The notes under the pieces were generated by a model that saw only the letters and a list, made by a program, of their open reading frames with translations, was not told where the DNA came from and ran no database searches. 64,000 nt of DNA, taken from contig OZ245011.1 of the NCBI GenBank assembly GCA_965223665.1, positions 4,064,001 through 4,128,000 of the forward strand, written 5' to 3'. The position numbers were made by a program, and so were the translations under genes. Below are positions 1 to 11,058 of the stretch, piece after piece. Positions within the stretch are counted from its first letter, which is position 1, and each line of letters begins with the position of its first letter. Origin of the DNA: Nitrospinaceae bacterium (GTDB taxonomy: Bacteria > Nitrospinota > Nitrospinia > Nitrospinales > Nitrospinaceae).

Positions 1-157
1 TAATCGTGAATAGTAATTTAATAACGATTTTATGTCAAAAAAGATTGAGATTAACTAAAAAAGTATATTCTAATTCAATAAGGCGGATTATGTCCAGATT
101 TCTCTGGGGAAATTTAAATTAATATTGACATAAAGTGAGCTTTGGAAAAGGAAGATC

Positions 158-538
158 ATGCAAAAGCTTAAATTTGCCAAAATCTGGTTAGTTATAGGCT
201 ATATTGGAGTCAGTTTAGCCATATTCGCCTCCTTAATCCCCCCTCCTGACTTTTTGGAAGAACATTTTCTTTATCAAGATAAGCTACTTCATATGGGAAC
301 TTATGCCATATTAATGGGATGGTTTACTCAAATATATGAGTCAAAAAATTACTTTATTATTGGAATTGGGTTTATTTTACTGGGAGTTTTTTTAGAAGTT
401 ATGCAGAATTTTACCTATTACCGAACTATGGATTTAGGAGACATCTTGGCAAATTGTGTTGGGGTTTTTTTAAGTTGGTTTATTGCTAAACTTATTAACC
501 AAAGCTTATTTGTAATTATAGAAGAAAAATTCTTTTAA
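158..538 (+). CDS. VanZ-like small membrane protein
   Basis: 126 aa, about 4 hydrophobic segments, DKLLH..Y, EVMQ...YRT and D..AN..G motifs of the VanZ-like family. Confidence 0.8.
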   Translation: MQKLKFAKIWLVIGYIGVSLAIFASLIPPPDFLEEHFLYQDKLLHMGTYAILMGWFTQIYESKNYFIIGIGFILLGVFLEVMQNFTYYRTMDLGDILANCVGVFLSWFIAKLINQSLFVIIEEKFF

Positions 539-581
539 TATTTGTTGAGATGTAAAGAAATTATAAATACTAGCTTTATTA

Positions 582-1652
582 TTAAGCTCCTACTAGTTTA
601 AGCTCTTTTCGACTTAAGTTTACATTTAGGTTTGTTAAGTCATTTTCCATCATCATTTCTACTAAGTTTTTAAACGAGGTCTTTGGTTTCCAACCTAATT
701 TTTTTTGTGCTTTCTCAGGATTTCCAATCAAGGTTTCTACCTCAGAAGGTCGGAAATATTTCGGATCAATATCTACGAAAACCTTTCCGGAAGATTTTTC
801 GATCCCTTTTTCATTGATTCCTTCTCCTTCCCAAACCAAGTCTATTCCACAATAATTGCAAGCCAATTCAACAAACTCCCTTACGGAATGTTGCTCCCCA
901 GTGGCAATTACATAATCATCTGGATTATCTTGTTGCAAAATCAGCCACATGGCTTCAACGTAGTCTTTAGCAAATCCCCAGTCACGTTTAGCATTTAGGT
1001 TGCCAAGTCTCAATTTTTCCAGGGACCCATTTAAAATTTGAGCTAATGAAAGGGTAATTTTACGGGTGACAAAGTTCTCCCCTCTTCGAGGAGACTCATG
1101 GTTAAAAAGAATCCCGTTGCAGGCAAACATGTCATAAGCTTCACGATAATTTACCGTAATCCAGTAAGCATATAACTTTGCAACTCCATAAGGACTTCGG
1201 GGATAAAATGGAGTATTTTCTGTTTGAGGAATTTCTACCACTTTTCCATAAAGTTCACTGGTTGAAGCCTGATAAATTCTGGTCATTTTTTCCATATTAT
1301 TCGATTTTATGGTATCTAATAATCGAAGTGCGCCCAAACCGTCTACATCGCCAGTGTATTCTGGAGTACTGAAACTTACCCCTACATGACTTTGAGCAGC
1401 CAGGTTGTAAATTTCATCTGGATTTACCTGAGTAACAATTTTATTTAAGCTGGATGAATCGGTGAGATCTCCGTAATGTAATTGAAGACCATTTGGGGAT
1501 CTTGTTTTTTTTCTAAGGTGTTCAATGCGACTTCTGTTAAAGCTGCTGGATCGGCGAACAATGCCATGGACTTCATAGTTTTTTTCTAATAAAAGCTCTG
1601 CCAAATAGGATCCATCTTGGCCAGTGATTCCAGTAATTAATGCTTTTTTCAT
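582..1652 (-). CDS. gmd: GDP-mannose 4,6-dehydratase
   Basis: [51 protein letters not shown] motifs. Confidence 0.97.
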   Translation of the reverse strand: MKKALITGITGQDGSYLAELLLEKNYEVHGIVRRSSSFNRSRIEHLRKKTRSPNGLQLHYGDLTDSSSLNKIVTQVNPDEIYNLAAQSHVGVSFSTPEYTGDVDGLGALRLLDTIKSNNMEKMTRIYQASTSELYGKVVEIPQTENTPFYPRSPYGVAKLYAYWITVNYREAYDMFACNGILFNHESPRRGENFVTRKITLSLAQILNGSLEKLRLGNLNAKRDWGFAKDYVEAMWLILQQDNPDDYVIATGEQHSVREFVELACNYCGIDLVWEGEGINEKGIEKSSGKVFVDIDPKYFRPSEVETLIGNPEKAQKKLGWKPKTSFKNLVEMMMENDLTNLNVNLSRKELKLVGA

Positions 1653-1697
1653 GATTAGTTTTCTCCTAATTCTTTAAAAGAATCCTTACTAAAATGA

Positions 1698-2681
1698 TTA
1701 AGGCAAGTGGCTCAAATAATCAAGATCAGATTTAACCATTTCTGCAACCAATTGTTGAAATGGCTTTTGAGGCTTCCAGTTAAGTAATTTTTTGGCTTTG
1801 GCATTGTTGCCGATTAGGGGGACTTTTTCTTTAGGACGAAAAAATTTAGGATCAATGATCAAATATTTTTTATAGTCTAAATCTAGTTCCTCAAAGGCGA
1901 TTTCTAGGAATTCCTTAACAGAATGGGCTTGCCCAGTAGAAATAACAAAATTTTTCGGACTGTCAGTTTGGAGGCAAGCATGCATGGCTTTTACAAAATC
2001 ACCAGCAAAACCCCAATCCCTGACGGAGTCAATATTCCCTAACTTTATTTCATTTTCAATTCCAAGCTTTATTTTAGCGGCGGTATATGAAATTTTTCGA
2101 GTAACAAATCTTTGCCCTCGTCTGGGAGATTCATGATTAAATAGAATTCCAGTGGATGCAAAAACATTCTTATGATTTCTAAAAAACTTAATTAACTCCT
2201 CCCCAATTACTTTAGAAACGCCATATAAAGAACGAGGTCGAAAGTGTGTCCTTTCATCTTGAGGTGTTTTTTCAACCTCTCCAAACATTTCGGACGACCC
2301 TGCAAAAAAACATCGGCACTCAGGTGAAAAAAGATTGATTGAATGTAAAATGTTATGGGTACTGTTTACATTAAAATCAATCAATTCATCAGAATTTTCA
2401 GGGGCAGTTCCCACAAAACTATTTGCTGCCAGGTGATAACATTCATTTGGCCGAAGCCCTTCTACAAGCTTGGATAAAGTTTTTAAATTTCTTAAATCCA
2501 CTTCATGAAAAGTTATTTGATTTGATACATTCTCAATCCTCCAAAAGGGTTTTTTAGAGTAATCTTTTTGATTTGGACGGATTATTCCATGGACTTCGTA
2601 CCCTAAATCTAAAAGGTATTCTGTCAAATAACTTCCGTCCTGGCCGGTAATCCCCGTAATTAGCGCCTTAGGATTTTTCAT
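1698..2681 (-). CDS. second Gmd-like GDP-sugar 4,6-dehydratase (SDR)
   Basis: [36 protein letters not shown]; diverged from the neighbouring gmd. Confidence 0.88.
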   Translation of the reverse strand: MKNPKALITGITGQDGSYLTEYLLDLGYEVHGIIRPNQKDYSKKPFWRIENVSNQITFHEVDLRNLKTLSKLVEGLRPNECYHLAANSFVGTAPENSDELIDFNVNSTHNILHSINLFSPECRCFFAGSSEMFGEVEKTPQDERTHFRPRSLYGVSKVIGEELIKFFRNHKNVFASTGILFNHESPRRGQRFVTRKISYTAAKIKLGIENEIKLGNIDSVRDWGFAGDFVKAMHACLQTDSPKNFVISTGQAHSVKEFLEIAFEELDLDYKKYLIIDPKFFRPKEKVPLIGNNAKAKKLLNWKPQKPFQQLVAEMVKSDLDYLSHLP

Positions 2682-4385
2682 TTATTCATTGGTGAGAGCT
2701 AATGAAGTTAATTGTGGTTTTTCGGTAATTTCAGGCGATAGGGTTGAAGTTTTTTTGCAAACAAATAATTGAACATCTCCAAAACTAAAAGGAATCATAC
2801 AATTTTTTAGAAAAGTTTTCGAAATTAATCGATGTAATTGTTTAGCTAATGGAATTCCTAAGGCCGAAAGTTTTTCAAAAAAGTAAGCTAACGTAATGAT
2901 ATGAGTATAGTTTTGTTGATGAATAAGATCAAAACCTGTTTTTTGAAGGATCTGTTTTATAGATTTTTGTGTAAAGTAATACAAGTGCATGTCCATAATC
3001 CAAGGCCACTTATCTTTTAAAATTCTTGGGTACCATCTATCGATGCATATTGTTGAAAAAAGAAAGATTCCATTGGGATTTAATCTGGAATGAATTTGGT
3101 TCAGGTCGTCTATGGGATGAACTAAATGTTCTAAAACATCCCACATGCTTATAACGTCAAAAGACCCAGTTTCCACAGGTAAATCATAAATAGTCCCCTG
3201 GATGGTATTTTCTTCCATTACTTCACAAGCATATTTGCTTGCCCACTTCGAAGGTTCTAAACCCAAAGAGTTTAGTCCAAATTCTTTGGCTACTTTTAAG
3301 GACACTCCACAATAAGACCCTACGTCTAAATGTCTGCCCTTTGATGGAAGGTATTTCTCAATTTTTTTAAAGTTATGACGAAAAGTTTGAAATCGGGCCT
3401 CAATGTTTTGAATATAACTTTCATCTTCAACTTCCTTATATAGATCAAGGATGTCTTTGGGATTATGTCGGGTTTCATTAAAAATAAGTCCGCACTCTAA
3501 ACATTTTATTATTTGCCCATGAACCCCGTGTCCCATACTGGTGCATTGATAGACTTTGGAATCGTTCTCAGTAGATTCTTTTCTGGGATATAGCTCTAAT
3601 TGAAAAAGTGAATGGCAATTTTCACAAGGAATTATTTTTGCTATCGGTTTATAAGGTTGAGTCGGTTTTTTGTAGGGGTATATCATTAATCTTTTAAAAG
3701 CAAGTCTAAAAAGCCTGTAAATGGCCTTTATAATTTCGCGTTTAGAAATTTTTGAGCTACCTGCTCGCCGATCTTCGAAGTAAATAGGAAACTCTTTTAT
3801 TTTGTTTGTGTCCTTTTTAACAAAATACATGCATTCCATGAAAAAGGAATATCCATCGGATTTGATATTATCAATTTTTATTTTTTCTAAAAGATTTTTT
3901 GAAAAACCTCTAAATGAAGTGGTTGTTTCATAGGTGGGAATTCCTAATAGAATTCTTGCCATATAGTTTGCAGTTTTGCTTACTACAGTCCTAATGAATC
4001 CATAATCGCAATGACCACCCTTAATATAACGAGATCCAATTACGAAATCGTTTTCTTTTAAACTTTTAAAAAGTTCGGGTAAATATTTGGGGTGATGAGA
4101 AAAATCGGCGTCCATGGTGATTAGATAATCATAGTCATGAATTAAAGCATATTTAATTGCCAGAATATGTGCCGTTCCTAAACCAAGTTTATCAGGACGA
4201 TGAACAACATTTAGATGTTTGTTATTTTTTCTAAGGCGATCTAAAAGAGTGCCTGTTCCATCTGGGGAATTATCGTCGACAATTAATATGTCTTGTCCAG
4301 GGAGATATCTTGAAACTTCCAGTATGAAGTTTTCAACATTGTCTATCTCATTATATGTGGCGGTGAATACCAATACTTTGGCCAT
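2682..4385 (-). CDS. DPM1-like GT2 (polyprenol-phosphate sugar synthase) fused to a class I SAM methyltransferase
   Basis: N-term TYNE, VDDNSPDGT, GLGTA, MDADFSH, GSRY; C-term CxxC...CxxC, LDVGSYCG, DVISMWDVLEH. Confidence 0.88.
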   Translation of the reverse strand: MAKVLVFTATYNEIDNVENFILEVSRYLPGQDILIVDDNSPDGTGTLLDRLRKNNKHLNVVHRPDKLGLGTAHILAIKYALIHDYDYLITMDADFSHHPKYLPELFKSLKENDFVIGSRYIKGGHCDYGFIRTVVSKTANYMARILLGIPTYETTTSFRGFSKNLLEKIKIDNIKSDGYSFFMECMYFVKKDTNKIKEFPIYFEDRRAGSSKISKREIIKAIYRLFRLAFKRLMIYPYKKPTQPYKPIAKIIPCENCHSLFQLELYPRKESTENDSKVYQCTSMGHGVHGQIIKCLECGLIFNETRHNPKDILDLYKEVEDESYIQNIEARFQTFRHNFKKIEKYLPSKGRHLDVGSYCGVSLKVAKEFGLNSLGLEPSKWASKYACEVMEENTIQGTIYDLPVETGSFDVISMWDVLEHLVHPIDDLNQIHSRLNPNGIFLFSTICIDRWYPRILKDKWPWIMDMHLYYFTQKSIKQILQKTGFDLIHQQNYTHIITLAYFFEKLSALGIPLAKQLHRLISKTFLKNCMIPFSFGDVQLFVCKKTSTLSPEITEKPQLTSLALTNE

Positions 4386-4549
4386 AATTTTGATCTTTTT
4401 TTGGAATTGCTATCAAGAATTTTCTAAGGAAAACCCAATTAAACCTCTTGATAATAAGATAAGGCCTTTGATTCATTTGGGCAAAAAAGAATTGAAAGGG
4501 AAATAAAATCTCTTTCAATAATTCTGTTTTGGTAATTTGGGGAATTAAC

Positions 4550-5464
4550 TTAAGGTCTTTCCGAATGAACACATGAAAGGAATGCGTCAGCCCAAACAGG
4601 TAGTGAAATCCCGAATGTTTTTCTAATTTTTTCATTAGAAAGAATTGAATTTTTGGGTCTTTGAGCAGGAGTAGGGAATTCGGAAGTTGGTATGGGAGTA
4701 ACTAACGGAGGGCTGTCCAAATTTAAATTATTAATGATGATCTTGGCAAACTCATACCAGTTTGATTTTCCGGAACAACTTAGGTTATAGATCCCTGAGT
4801 ATTTATTTATCTCAGTATTGTTTTCAGGTGAATTGTTACCTAAAGCCTGTTTTAAAACCTGAACTGTTGCATTTGCAATTGATTGCGACCAAGTGGGAGT
4901 ACCAATTTGGTCGTTTACAACTTTGATTTCTTTTTTTTCTTTTGCCAATCTAGTCATTGTGGTTAAAAAGTTTTTACCAGAACGATTATAAACCCAGGTC
5001 GTTCTTAAAATAATAAAGGGAACGCCTGAATCTAAAATATTTTGATCACCCTTCGCCTTGGACTTTCCATACATATTAATTGGGTTTATAGAGTCATTCT
5101 CATTATAGGGAGCTGCTTTATTTCCATCGAAAACATAATCCGTTGAATAATGGATAAGGGCAGCATTGATTTTTTTTGCCTGCTCGGCAAGAATTCCTGG
5201 TGCAGTGCCATTGATTGCCATAGCTAAGTGGGTTTCTTCTTCGGCTTTATCTACAGCGGTATAAGCAGCCGCATTTATTATGAGATTAGGTCTGATGCTA
5301 TTAACCATTTTCACGATTTGGTCCGGATGAGATAAGTCACAATCTGCCTGATCGAATTGAAAAGTTTTCCCCAAAATGGGGAGTAATGGGGCTAAGTCGC
5401 TTCCGATTTGACCGTTACTTCCTATTAGAAGAATTTTTCTTTGTGAGTTTGAGAGGTCAGGCAT
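4550..5464 (-). CDS. rfbD: dTDP-4-dehydrorhamnose reductase
   Basis: GSNGQIG, NAAAYTAVDKAE, YSTDYVFDG, YGKSK, DQIGTPT, PTPAQRP. Confidence 0.95.
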   Translation of the reverse strand: MPDLSNSQRKILLIGSNGQIGSDLAPLLPILGKTFQFDQADCDLSHPDQIVKMVNSIRPNLIINAAAYTAVDKAEEETHLAMAINGTAPGILAEQAKKINAALIHYSTDYVFDGNKAAPYNENDSINPINMYGKSKAKGDQNILDSGVPFIILRTTWVYNRSGKNFLTTMTRLAKEKKEIKVVNDQIGTPTWSQSIANATVQVLKQALGNNSPENNTEINKYSGIYNLSCSGKSNWYEFAKIIINNLNLDSPPLVTPIPTSEFPTPAQRPKNSILSNEKIRKTFGISLPVWADAFLSCVHSERP

Positions 5465-5488
5465 AACTTTAAGTTTCGTAGGAAGTGT

Positions 5489-6376
5489 TTAGAAAAAAGG
5501 TCTGTCGCCATGAATTAAGTTCAAAAGATATTGGCCATAACCATTTTTTTGTAGAGATGAAGCGAGTTTTTCCAACTGATTGCAATTAATCCACCCTAAA
5601 TTAAATGCAATTTCTTCAGGGCAAGCTATTTTTAAACCTTGCCGTCTTTCAATAGTTTCAACAAAATTCGTGGCTTCTAATAAGGCTTCATGAGAGCCAG
5701 TATCTAACCAAGCAAAGCCGCGTCCCATAATTTCTACAGACAATTGTTTTTGATCTAGATAGATTTTGTTTACATCGGTGATTTCGAGTTCCCCTCGAGA
5801 AGACGGTTTAAGGTTTTCTGCAATTTCAATTACTTGATTGTCGTAAAAATATAACCCTGTGACTGCATAATTTGAACGCGGGTGATTTGGTTTTTCTTCA
5901 ATGCTAATTGCCTTTCCATTAGAGTCAAATTCTACTACTCCATAATCTGCTGGATTTTTGACCCAGTACCCGAAAACAGTGGCTCCATTTTCTCGGTCTC
6001 TTGCATTTTTAAGCAGGTCTTCTAAACCTTGCCCGAAAAAAATATTGTCTCCTAAAATAAGACAGCAATCATCATTTCCTATAAAATCTTTGCCAATGAT
6101 AAATGCTTGAGCCAATCCTTCAGGCTTAGGTTGAATGGCAAACTGAATGGAGATACCCCATTGGTTTCCATCCTTTAATAAATGTTGGAATGCGGGTTTG
6201 TCCTGTGGAGTGGTTATTATAAGAATATCTTGGATGCCCGCCTGCATAAGGGTTGAAAGAGGATAATAAATCATAGGTTTGTCGTACAAAGGCATTAACT
6301 GTTTGCTAACCGCCAATGTTAAAGGGTAGAGTCTTGTTCCAGATCCTCCCGCAAGAATTATTCCTTTATTGATCAT
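5489..6376 (-). CDS. rfbA: glucose-1-phosphate thymidylyltransferase
   Basis: [45 protein letters not shown]. Confidence 0.97.
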   Translation of the reverse strand: MINKGIILAGGSGTRLYPLTLAVSKQLMPLYDKPMIYYPLSTLMQAGIQDILIITTPQDKPAFQHLLKDGNQWGISIQFAIQPKPEGLAQAFIIGKDFIGNDDCCLILGDNIFFGQGLEDLLKNARDRENGATVFGYWVKNPADYGVVEFDSNGKAISIEEKPNHPRSNYAVTGLYFYDNQVIEIAENLKPSSRGELEITDVNKIYLDQKQLSVEIMGRGFAWLDTGSHEALLEATNFVETIERRQGLKIACPEEIAFNLGWINCNQLEKLASSLQKNGYGQYLLNLIHGDRPFF

Positions 6377-6383
6377 AGTGGTT

Positions 6384-7451
6384 TCACCTGTTGGATTCTG
6401 TTAAGCCCAACCGTTCTCCTCGATAAGCCCCTGACGTTACTTTTTGGACCCAATCATCATTGTCTAAATACCATTGAACAGTTTTTCTTATTCCACTTTC
6501 AAAAGTTTCATTAGGTTTCCAACCTAACTCTTGGGAGATTTTAGTAGCATCTATTGCATATCTTCGATCATGGCCCGGCCTATCTGGGACATAAGTTATA
6601 AGAGATGAATGCGGTTTATGGGGAGAGTCTGGAACCAGTTCATCCAGAAGAGAACAAATTGTATTTACTACCTCTAAGTTTGTTTTTTCATTATTTCCGC
6701 CAATATTATAAACTTCTCCTGGTTTGCCATTGGTTAATACACACTGAATGGCCCGACAATGATCTTCAACATAAAGCCAATCACGAACTTGCAGCCCATC
6801 TCCATAGATAGGAAGATTTTCACCAGCTAAAGCTTTTTGTATAATTAAAGGGATAAGTTTTTCAGGAAAATGATAAGGCCCGTAATTATTTGAACAATTG
6901 GTAGTCAAGACAGGTAATTGGTAAGTATGGAAATAGGCGCGAACCAAATGGTCTCCTCCTGCTTTAGAAGCTGAGTAAGGGGAATTTGGGGCATACGCTG
7001 TTGTTTCTGTGAAATATCCGGTTGAATCCAGTGTTCCATAAACCTCATCGGTAGAAACATGCAAAAACCGAAACATTTTTTTTGGAGATTCTTCAAGGGT
7101 AGACCAATAGCTTCTAGCAGCTTCCAACAATTCAAAAGTACCGACTACATTGGTGTGAATAAAATTGGCAGGTGAATCAATGGAGCGATCTACATGGGAT
7201 TCTGCAGCAAAATTGACCACAGCGATAGGTTGGTGCTCATCAAATAATTTTTGGATTAATTTGCGGTCTCGAATATTCCCATGGACGAACATATGATTTG
7301 GATGGTTTTTGATGGAGGCTAGGGTATTTAAATTTCCTGCATAAGTGAGGGCGTCTAAATTGATTACCTTTATGTCATTTTGATTCATTAGATTTAATAC
7401 GAAGTTTCCGCCAATGAATCCAGCCCCGCCGGTAATTAGATAAGTTTTCAT
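6384..7451 (-). CDS. rfbB: dTDP-glucose 4,6-dehydratase
   Basis: [43 protein letters not shown]. Confidence 0.97.
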   Translation of the reverse strand: MKTYLITGGAGFIGGNFVLNLMNQNDIKVINLDALTYAGNLNTLASIKNHPNHMFVHGNIRDRKLIQKLFDEHQPIAVVNFAAESHVDRSIDSPANFIHTNVVGTFELLEAARSYWSTLEESPKKMFRFLHVSTDEVYGTLDSTGYFTETTAYAPNSPYSASKAGGDHLVRAYFHTYQLPVLTTNCSNNYGPYHFPEKLIPLIIQKALAGENLPIYGDGLQVRDWLYVEDHCRAIQCVLTNGKPGEVYNIGGNNEKTNLEVVNTICSLLDELVPDSPHKPHSSLITYVPDRPGHDRRYAIDATKISQELGWKPNETFESGIRKTVQWYLDNDDWVQKVTSGAYRGERLGLTESNR

Positions 7452-7625
7452 TTTAATAAAGAGTTGCTGTTGGGTGGTTTTTAAATTTGGTTTGGAGCGA
7501 TTTGAGTAAGAAAGAAATTTGTACCTATTAAAATGTTAACATGTTAATAAGGCTCCCCCAAGTTGTAAATTTATTAATTTGTACTAGAATTGGCCATAGA
7601 TAAATTATTTTTAGGAGACGAAAGT

Positions 7626-9263
7626 TTGAAAATTGCGTTAGCCCAGATCAACCCAACAATTGGTGATTTTGATGGGAATAGTCAAAAAATATTTGAAAGA
7701 GTTCGACAAGCTGAGAGTTTAGGAGCTGATATTGTTGTGTTTTCTGAATTGGTTCTTTGTGGCTATCCACCAAAAGATCTATTGGACAAACCCGATTTTA
7801 TTGAAAAGAGTGAAAAGGCTTTGCAAGAATTGATTTCGAAAATACAAGGACCCGGGGTTGTGCTGGGGTGTTTGGAAACTATTCATAAAGTTTCCGGAAA
7901 GGGTTTAACAAATTCTGCAGTATTTTTCAAAAATGGAAAAGTTTTAATTAGGTCAGATAAGATTTTACTACCAACATATGATGTGTTTGATGAACTCCGT
8001 TATTTTGAACCTGGAGAAAAACCGGTTGTTTGTGATTTTTTTGGAAAAAAAATAGGTCTTACCGTTTGCGAAGATATTTGGTGTCTCCCAGGATTTAATA
8101 GTCAAATTCGCTATGCTCAAAATCCGGTTGAGGAATTAATTCATATGGGAGCAGAAGTGATTTTTAATATTTCGGCTTCTCCTTATGAAGTTTTACGATG
8201 GAAGACTCGGCATAGTTTAGCTCAAGCATTATCCACTAAATATAAAGTTCCAATTGTTTTGGTGAATCAAGTGGGTGGAAATGATGACTTGCTGTTTGAT
8301 GGGCATAGTTTTGTGGTTTCATCAGAAGGAAAAATAGTGGCGCAAGCACAGGGATTTGTTGAGGATTTGTTGATCTGCGATTTAGAGAATTTTTCCGGGA
8401 AAATTGAAGTTGCCCCTGAGTCGGAAGAAGAGGAAATTTTTAAAGCCTTAAGTATGGGCGTTAGAGATTATTTGAATAAATGTGGATACCAACGTGCAGT
8501 GATTGGTCTTTCCGGAGGAATCGATTCTGCTGTGGTGGCTGTAATTGCGGCTAAAGCTTTGGGGAAGGAGAATGTTGAGGGATTAAGCATGCCCTCTCAA
8601 TACACAGCTTCCCAAAGTATTCAGGATGCGAGACGACTTGCGGACAATCTTGGAATTAAATTCTCCGTGATTCCCATAAAGGAGTTGTTTGATGGTTATA
8701 AAAATTGCTTAAAACCAGTCTTTGGGGAAAGGCCCGAAGATGTGACAGAAGAAAATATTCAGGCCCGCATTCGTGGAAATTTACTAATGGCCGTATCAAA
8801 TAAATTGGGTAGTATGGTTTTGTCCACAGGTAATAAAAGTGAAATGTCCGTGGGTTATTGTACTTTGTATGGAGATATGGCTGGAGGTCTTTCAGTTATC
8901 TCAGATTTACCGAAAACTAAGGTTTATAAATTAGCTCAATGGATAAACAAAGAAGATGAAATTATTCCTAAAGCCATTCTTGAACGTCCACCCACTGCTG
9001 AGCTTCGGCCAAATCAAAAAGATCAAGACAGTCTTCCTCCCTATGAAATATTAGATTCTATCTTAGAGGGATATGTTGAAAACCACCTCAGCATGAATGA
9101 ACTTATGGAAAAGGGGTTTGATTCCAAGCTTTTAAAAGAAATTATTACTCGTGTAGATAATAATGAATATAAACGGCAACAGGCTGCGCCCGGATTAAAA
9201 ATTACAGGAAAAGCTTTTGGTTCGGGAAGGCGATTCCCTATCGCTAAGCGCTATAAACCCTAG
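7626..9263 (+). CDS. nadE: glutamine-dependent NAD+ synthetase
   Basis: Nitrilase domain (ELVLCGY, K.LLP.YDVFDE, CEDIW) plus synthetase domain (GLSGGIDS, ENIQAR, TGNKSE, GYCTLYGD). Start placed at TTG 7626 behind AGGAG; ORF track starts at 7590. Confidence 0.95.
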   Translation: MKIALAQINPTIGDFDGNSQKIFERVRQAESLGADIVVFSELVLCGYPPKDLLDKPDFIEKSEKALQELISKIQGPGVVLGCLETIHKVSGKGLTNSAVFFKNGKVLIRSDKILLPTYDVFDELRYFEPGEKPVVCDFFGKKIGLTVCEDIWCLPGFNSQIRYAQNPVEELIHMGAEVIFNISASPYEVLRWKTRHSLAQALSTKYKVPIVLVNQVGGNDDLLFDGHSFVVSSEGKIVAQAQGFVEDLLICDLENFSGKIEVAPESEEEEIFKALSMGVRDYLNKCGYQRAVIGLSGGIDSAVVAVIAAKALGKENVEGLSMPSQYTASQSIQDARRLADNLGIKFSVIPIKELFDGYKNCLKPVFGERPEDVTEENIQARIRGNLLMAVSNKLGSMVLSTGNKSEMSVGYCTLYGDMAGGLSVISDLPKTKVYKLAQWINKEDEIIPKAILERPPTAELRPNQKDQDSLPPYEILDSILEGYVENHLSMNELMEKGFDSKLLKEIITRVDNNEYKRQQAAPGLKITGKAFGSGRRFPIAKRYKP

Positions 9264-9276
9264 GAACTTCTTTTTC

Positions 9277-11058
9277 TTAGGATGCAATAAGGAAAAAATT
9301 TTGGAAGGATTTTGGCCTTATTGAATTTACCCTTTTTGCAGATAACTCTATTCCCTCACCAAAGTGGCCCGTGATTTTCTCCACAGGATTTATTGACCTT
9401 AAACTTTCGATTACCAATTCATAATAGGCAGGTTTTGGTTCAAGTCTCCTTGTGATTACCGAGTTAAAGCCATCGCTTACCAGTTTCATTCGACTGGAAA
9501 GTGGTAGATTTAAGGCCAATTGATTACCCTGAATTTGTATGAAAGGGGTTATGTTTTTATTAACAAGTTTTCCGTTTGAATAGTACTGAATGGTTACTTT
9601 TGAAATGGAATCAAGAGGATTCTTGAAAGTGATTACAGTTTTTTCTAAAACTTTTCTGCTTTGAAATGATAATTTGAACTTGTTAGACTCCCTGCCTAGC
9701 GAATATTTAAAATCTTTTTGAGAATTTAGATACCCTTTTTCAATTTGATTAAAAACTATTTTCATAGATTTTAAAAGTTTGTCGATTGCAAAATTAGCTT
9801 CTTTTGGTGAAAGAGCTTCGTAATTTGAGACAACAATATTGGGGTCACGATTTAATTCAATCTTTGTTTGTTTGGCAAATTTTTCTGCGTTTTTTAAAAA
9901 TAACTTTGCTTTTCCTGATTTAAAGAAATCATTTATTACTTTATCGCGTTCGACGATGAACCTGTGATTTTGATGTAGTGCTTGCTGTATTGGGGAGGGA
10001 ATGATATCAAATTTAGCTTCTTTGCCAATTTTATTGATCCATTCGTGATACCAACTCATGGGGTCCCATACGATGGGTTGGAATTTTTTATTCTCTGGAT
10101 CGAAATATAATAACCAATTGTGATTATCATCATAATGAAATGTTTGACTTAAAATTTCGAACGCGCTGAATTTTGCCCAATTTTCAAGGTTTAGAAGATG
10201 AATTAACTTTTGTTGGGACTTTTCGGTTTGTTCTCCCATAATTAAGGAACATAATTTGACGAGATAGTCTTTAGATTGGACTGCTAAATAAGGATCTTTT
10301 GAGACGTTCTTCCATACTTTTGGGTGATCAAAAACCGATGTGCTTATTCCTCCAAATTGATCTCCCTTTACTAACTCCCCTTTGAAAATGCTACCTGGGT
10401 TTAGCGAATTTCTTTGTATTGTTGATGGACTGATTTGTTCGGCTAATAGGTAAATACCTTGATGCTCTCCATTGAGAGTTAAATTGACTAAATTAGTTTC
10501 AGGAGTAATGATCCCCAAGGCCTCCGCCAATTTATAACCTAGAAAATTATTCAAATGATCTTTGGATTGAGGAACAATTAAGTTGAAAGTTCTTAATCCT
10601 AGGTATTTAAAATTTTTGTTTAATTTGATGCGCAAAGACTTTTTTTTGTGAGCCCAATGATTATGGTAATCTCCTCGATAACGGACTTTGGCTTTTAGTA
10701 AATTGCTTCCATTTTTTAGAACGCCAGGTACATAATGGAACCCAGAATGTGGTAAGTTGGAATTTAGTTGATCAAAATATTTAGGTTGAATAAATAATTG
10801 AACATTTTGGAAGATAGTTTTTTCTTTAAATGGGTTTGCAAATTTAGAATGCATTCCAAATAAAATATTTCGAACTTGAAGCTCAAATTCCATTTTTCCC
10901 ATTTTATGTAACGACGGGACATATGGCGATGTTATATATTGCAGACCAAAATCATTGAATCTTTTTCCAGTATTTGTAAGCCAGTGGCTTCCAATAAATA
11001 TAATAGGAAGGGTGAGAACCCAACTCCAAGCCCATAGTTTGTGAAATTTTCTTCTCAT
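9277..11058 (-). CDS. CotH kinase family protein, N-terminal membrane anchor (copy 1)
   Basis: KVRYRGD..HW..KKSLRIK, FNL, GIYLLAEQI, H..D.NHN..LYFDP....FQPIVWD. Confidence 0.85.
   Translation of the reverse strand: MRRKFHKLWAWSWVLTLPIIFIGSHWLTNTGKRFNDFGLQYITSPYVPSLHKMGKMEFELQVRNILFGMHSKFANPFKEKTIFQNVQLFIQPKYFDQLNSNLPHSGFHYVPGVLKNGSNLLKAKVRYRGDYHNHWAHKKKSLRIKLNKNFKYLGLRTFNLIVPQSKDHLNNFLGYKLAEALGIITPETNLVNLTLNGEHQGIYLLAEQISPSTIQRNSLNPGSIFKGELVKGDQFGGISTSVFDHPKVWKNVSKDPYLAVQSKDYLVKLCSLIMGEQTEKSQQKLIHLLNLENWAKFSAFEILSQTFHYDDNHNWLLYFDPENKKFQPIVWDPMSWYHEWINKIGKEAKFDIIPSPIQQALHQNHRFIVERDKVINDFFKSGKAKLFLKNAEKFAKQTKIELNRDPNIVVSNYEALSPKEANFAIDKLLKSMKIVFNQIEKGYLNSQKDFKYSLGRESNKFKLSFQSRKVLEKTVITFKNPLDSISKVTIQYYSNGKLVNKNITPFIQIQGNQLALNLPLSSRMKLVSDGFNSVITRRLEPKPAYYELVIESLRSINPVEKITGHFGEGIELSAKRVNSIRPKSFQNFFLIAS

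Noticed and set aside
4351-4635. 94-aa ORF between rfbD and the GT2 fusion as a possible rmlC remnant
   Set aside because: No RmlC motifs; overlaps both neighbours; probably spurious
7626-9263. nadE in opposite orientation inside the glycan locus as a functional part of it
   Set aside because: Ordinary housekeeping enzyme; no sequence evidence of a link
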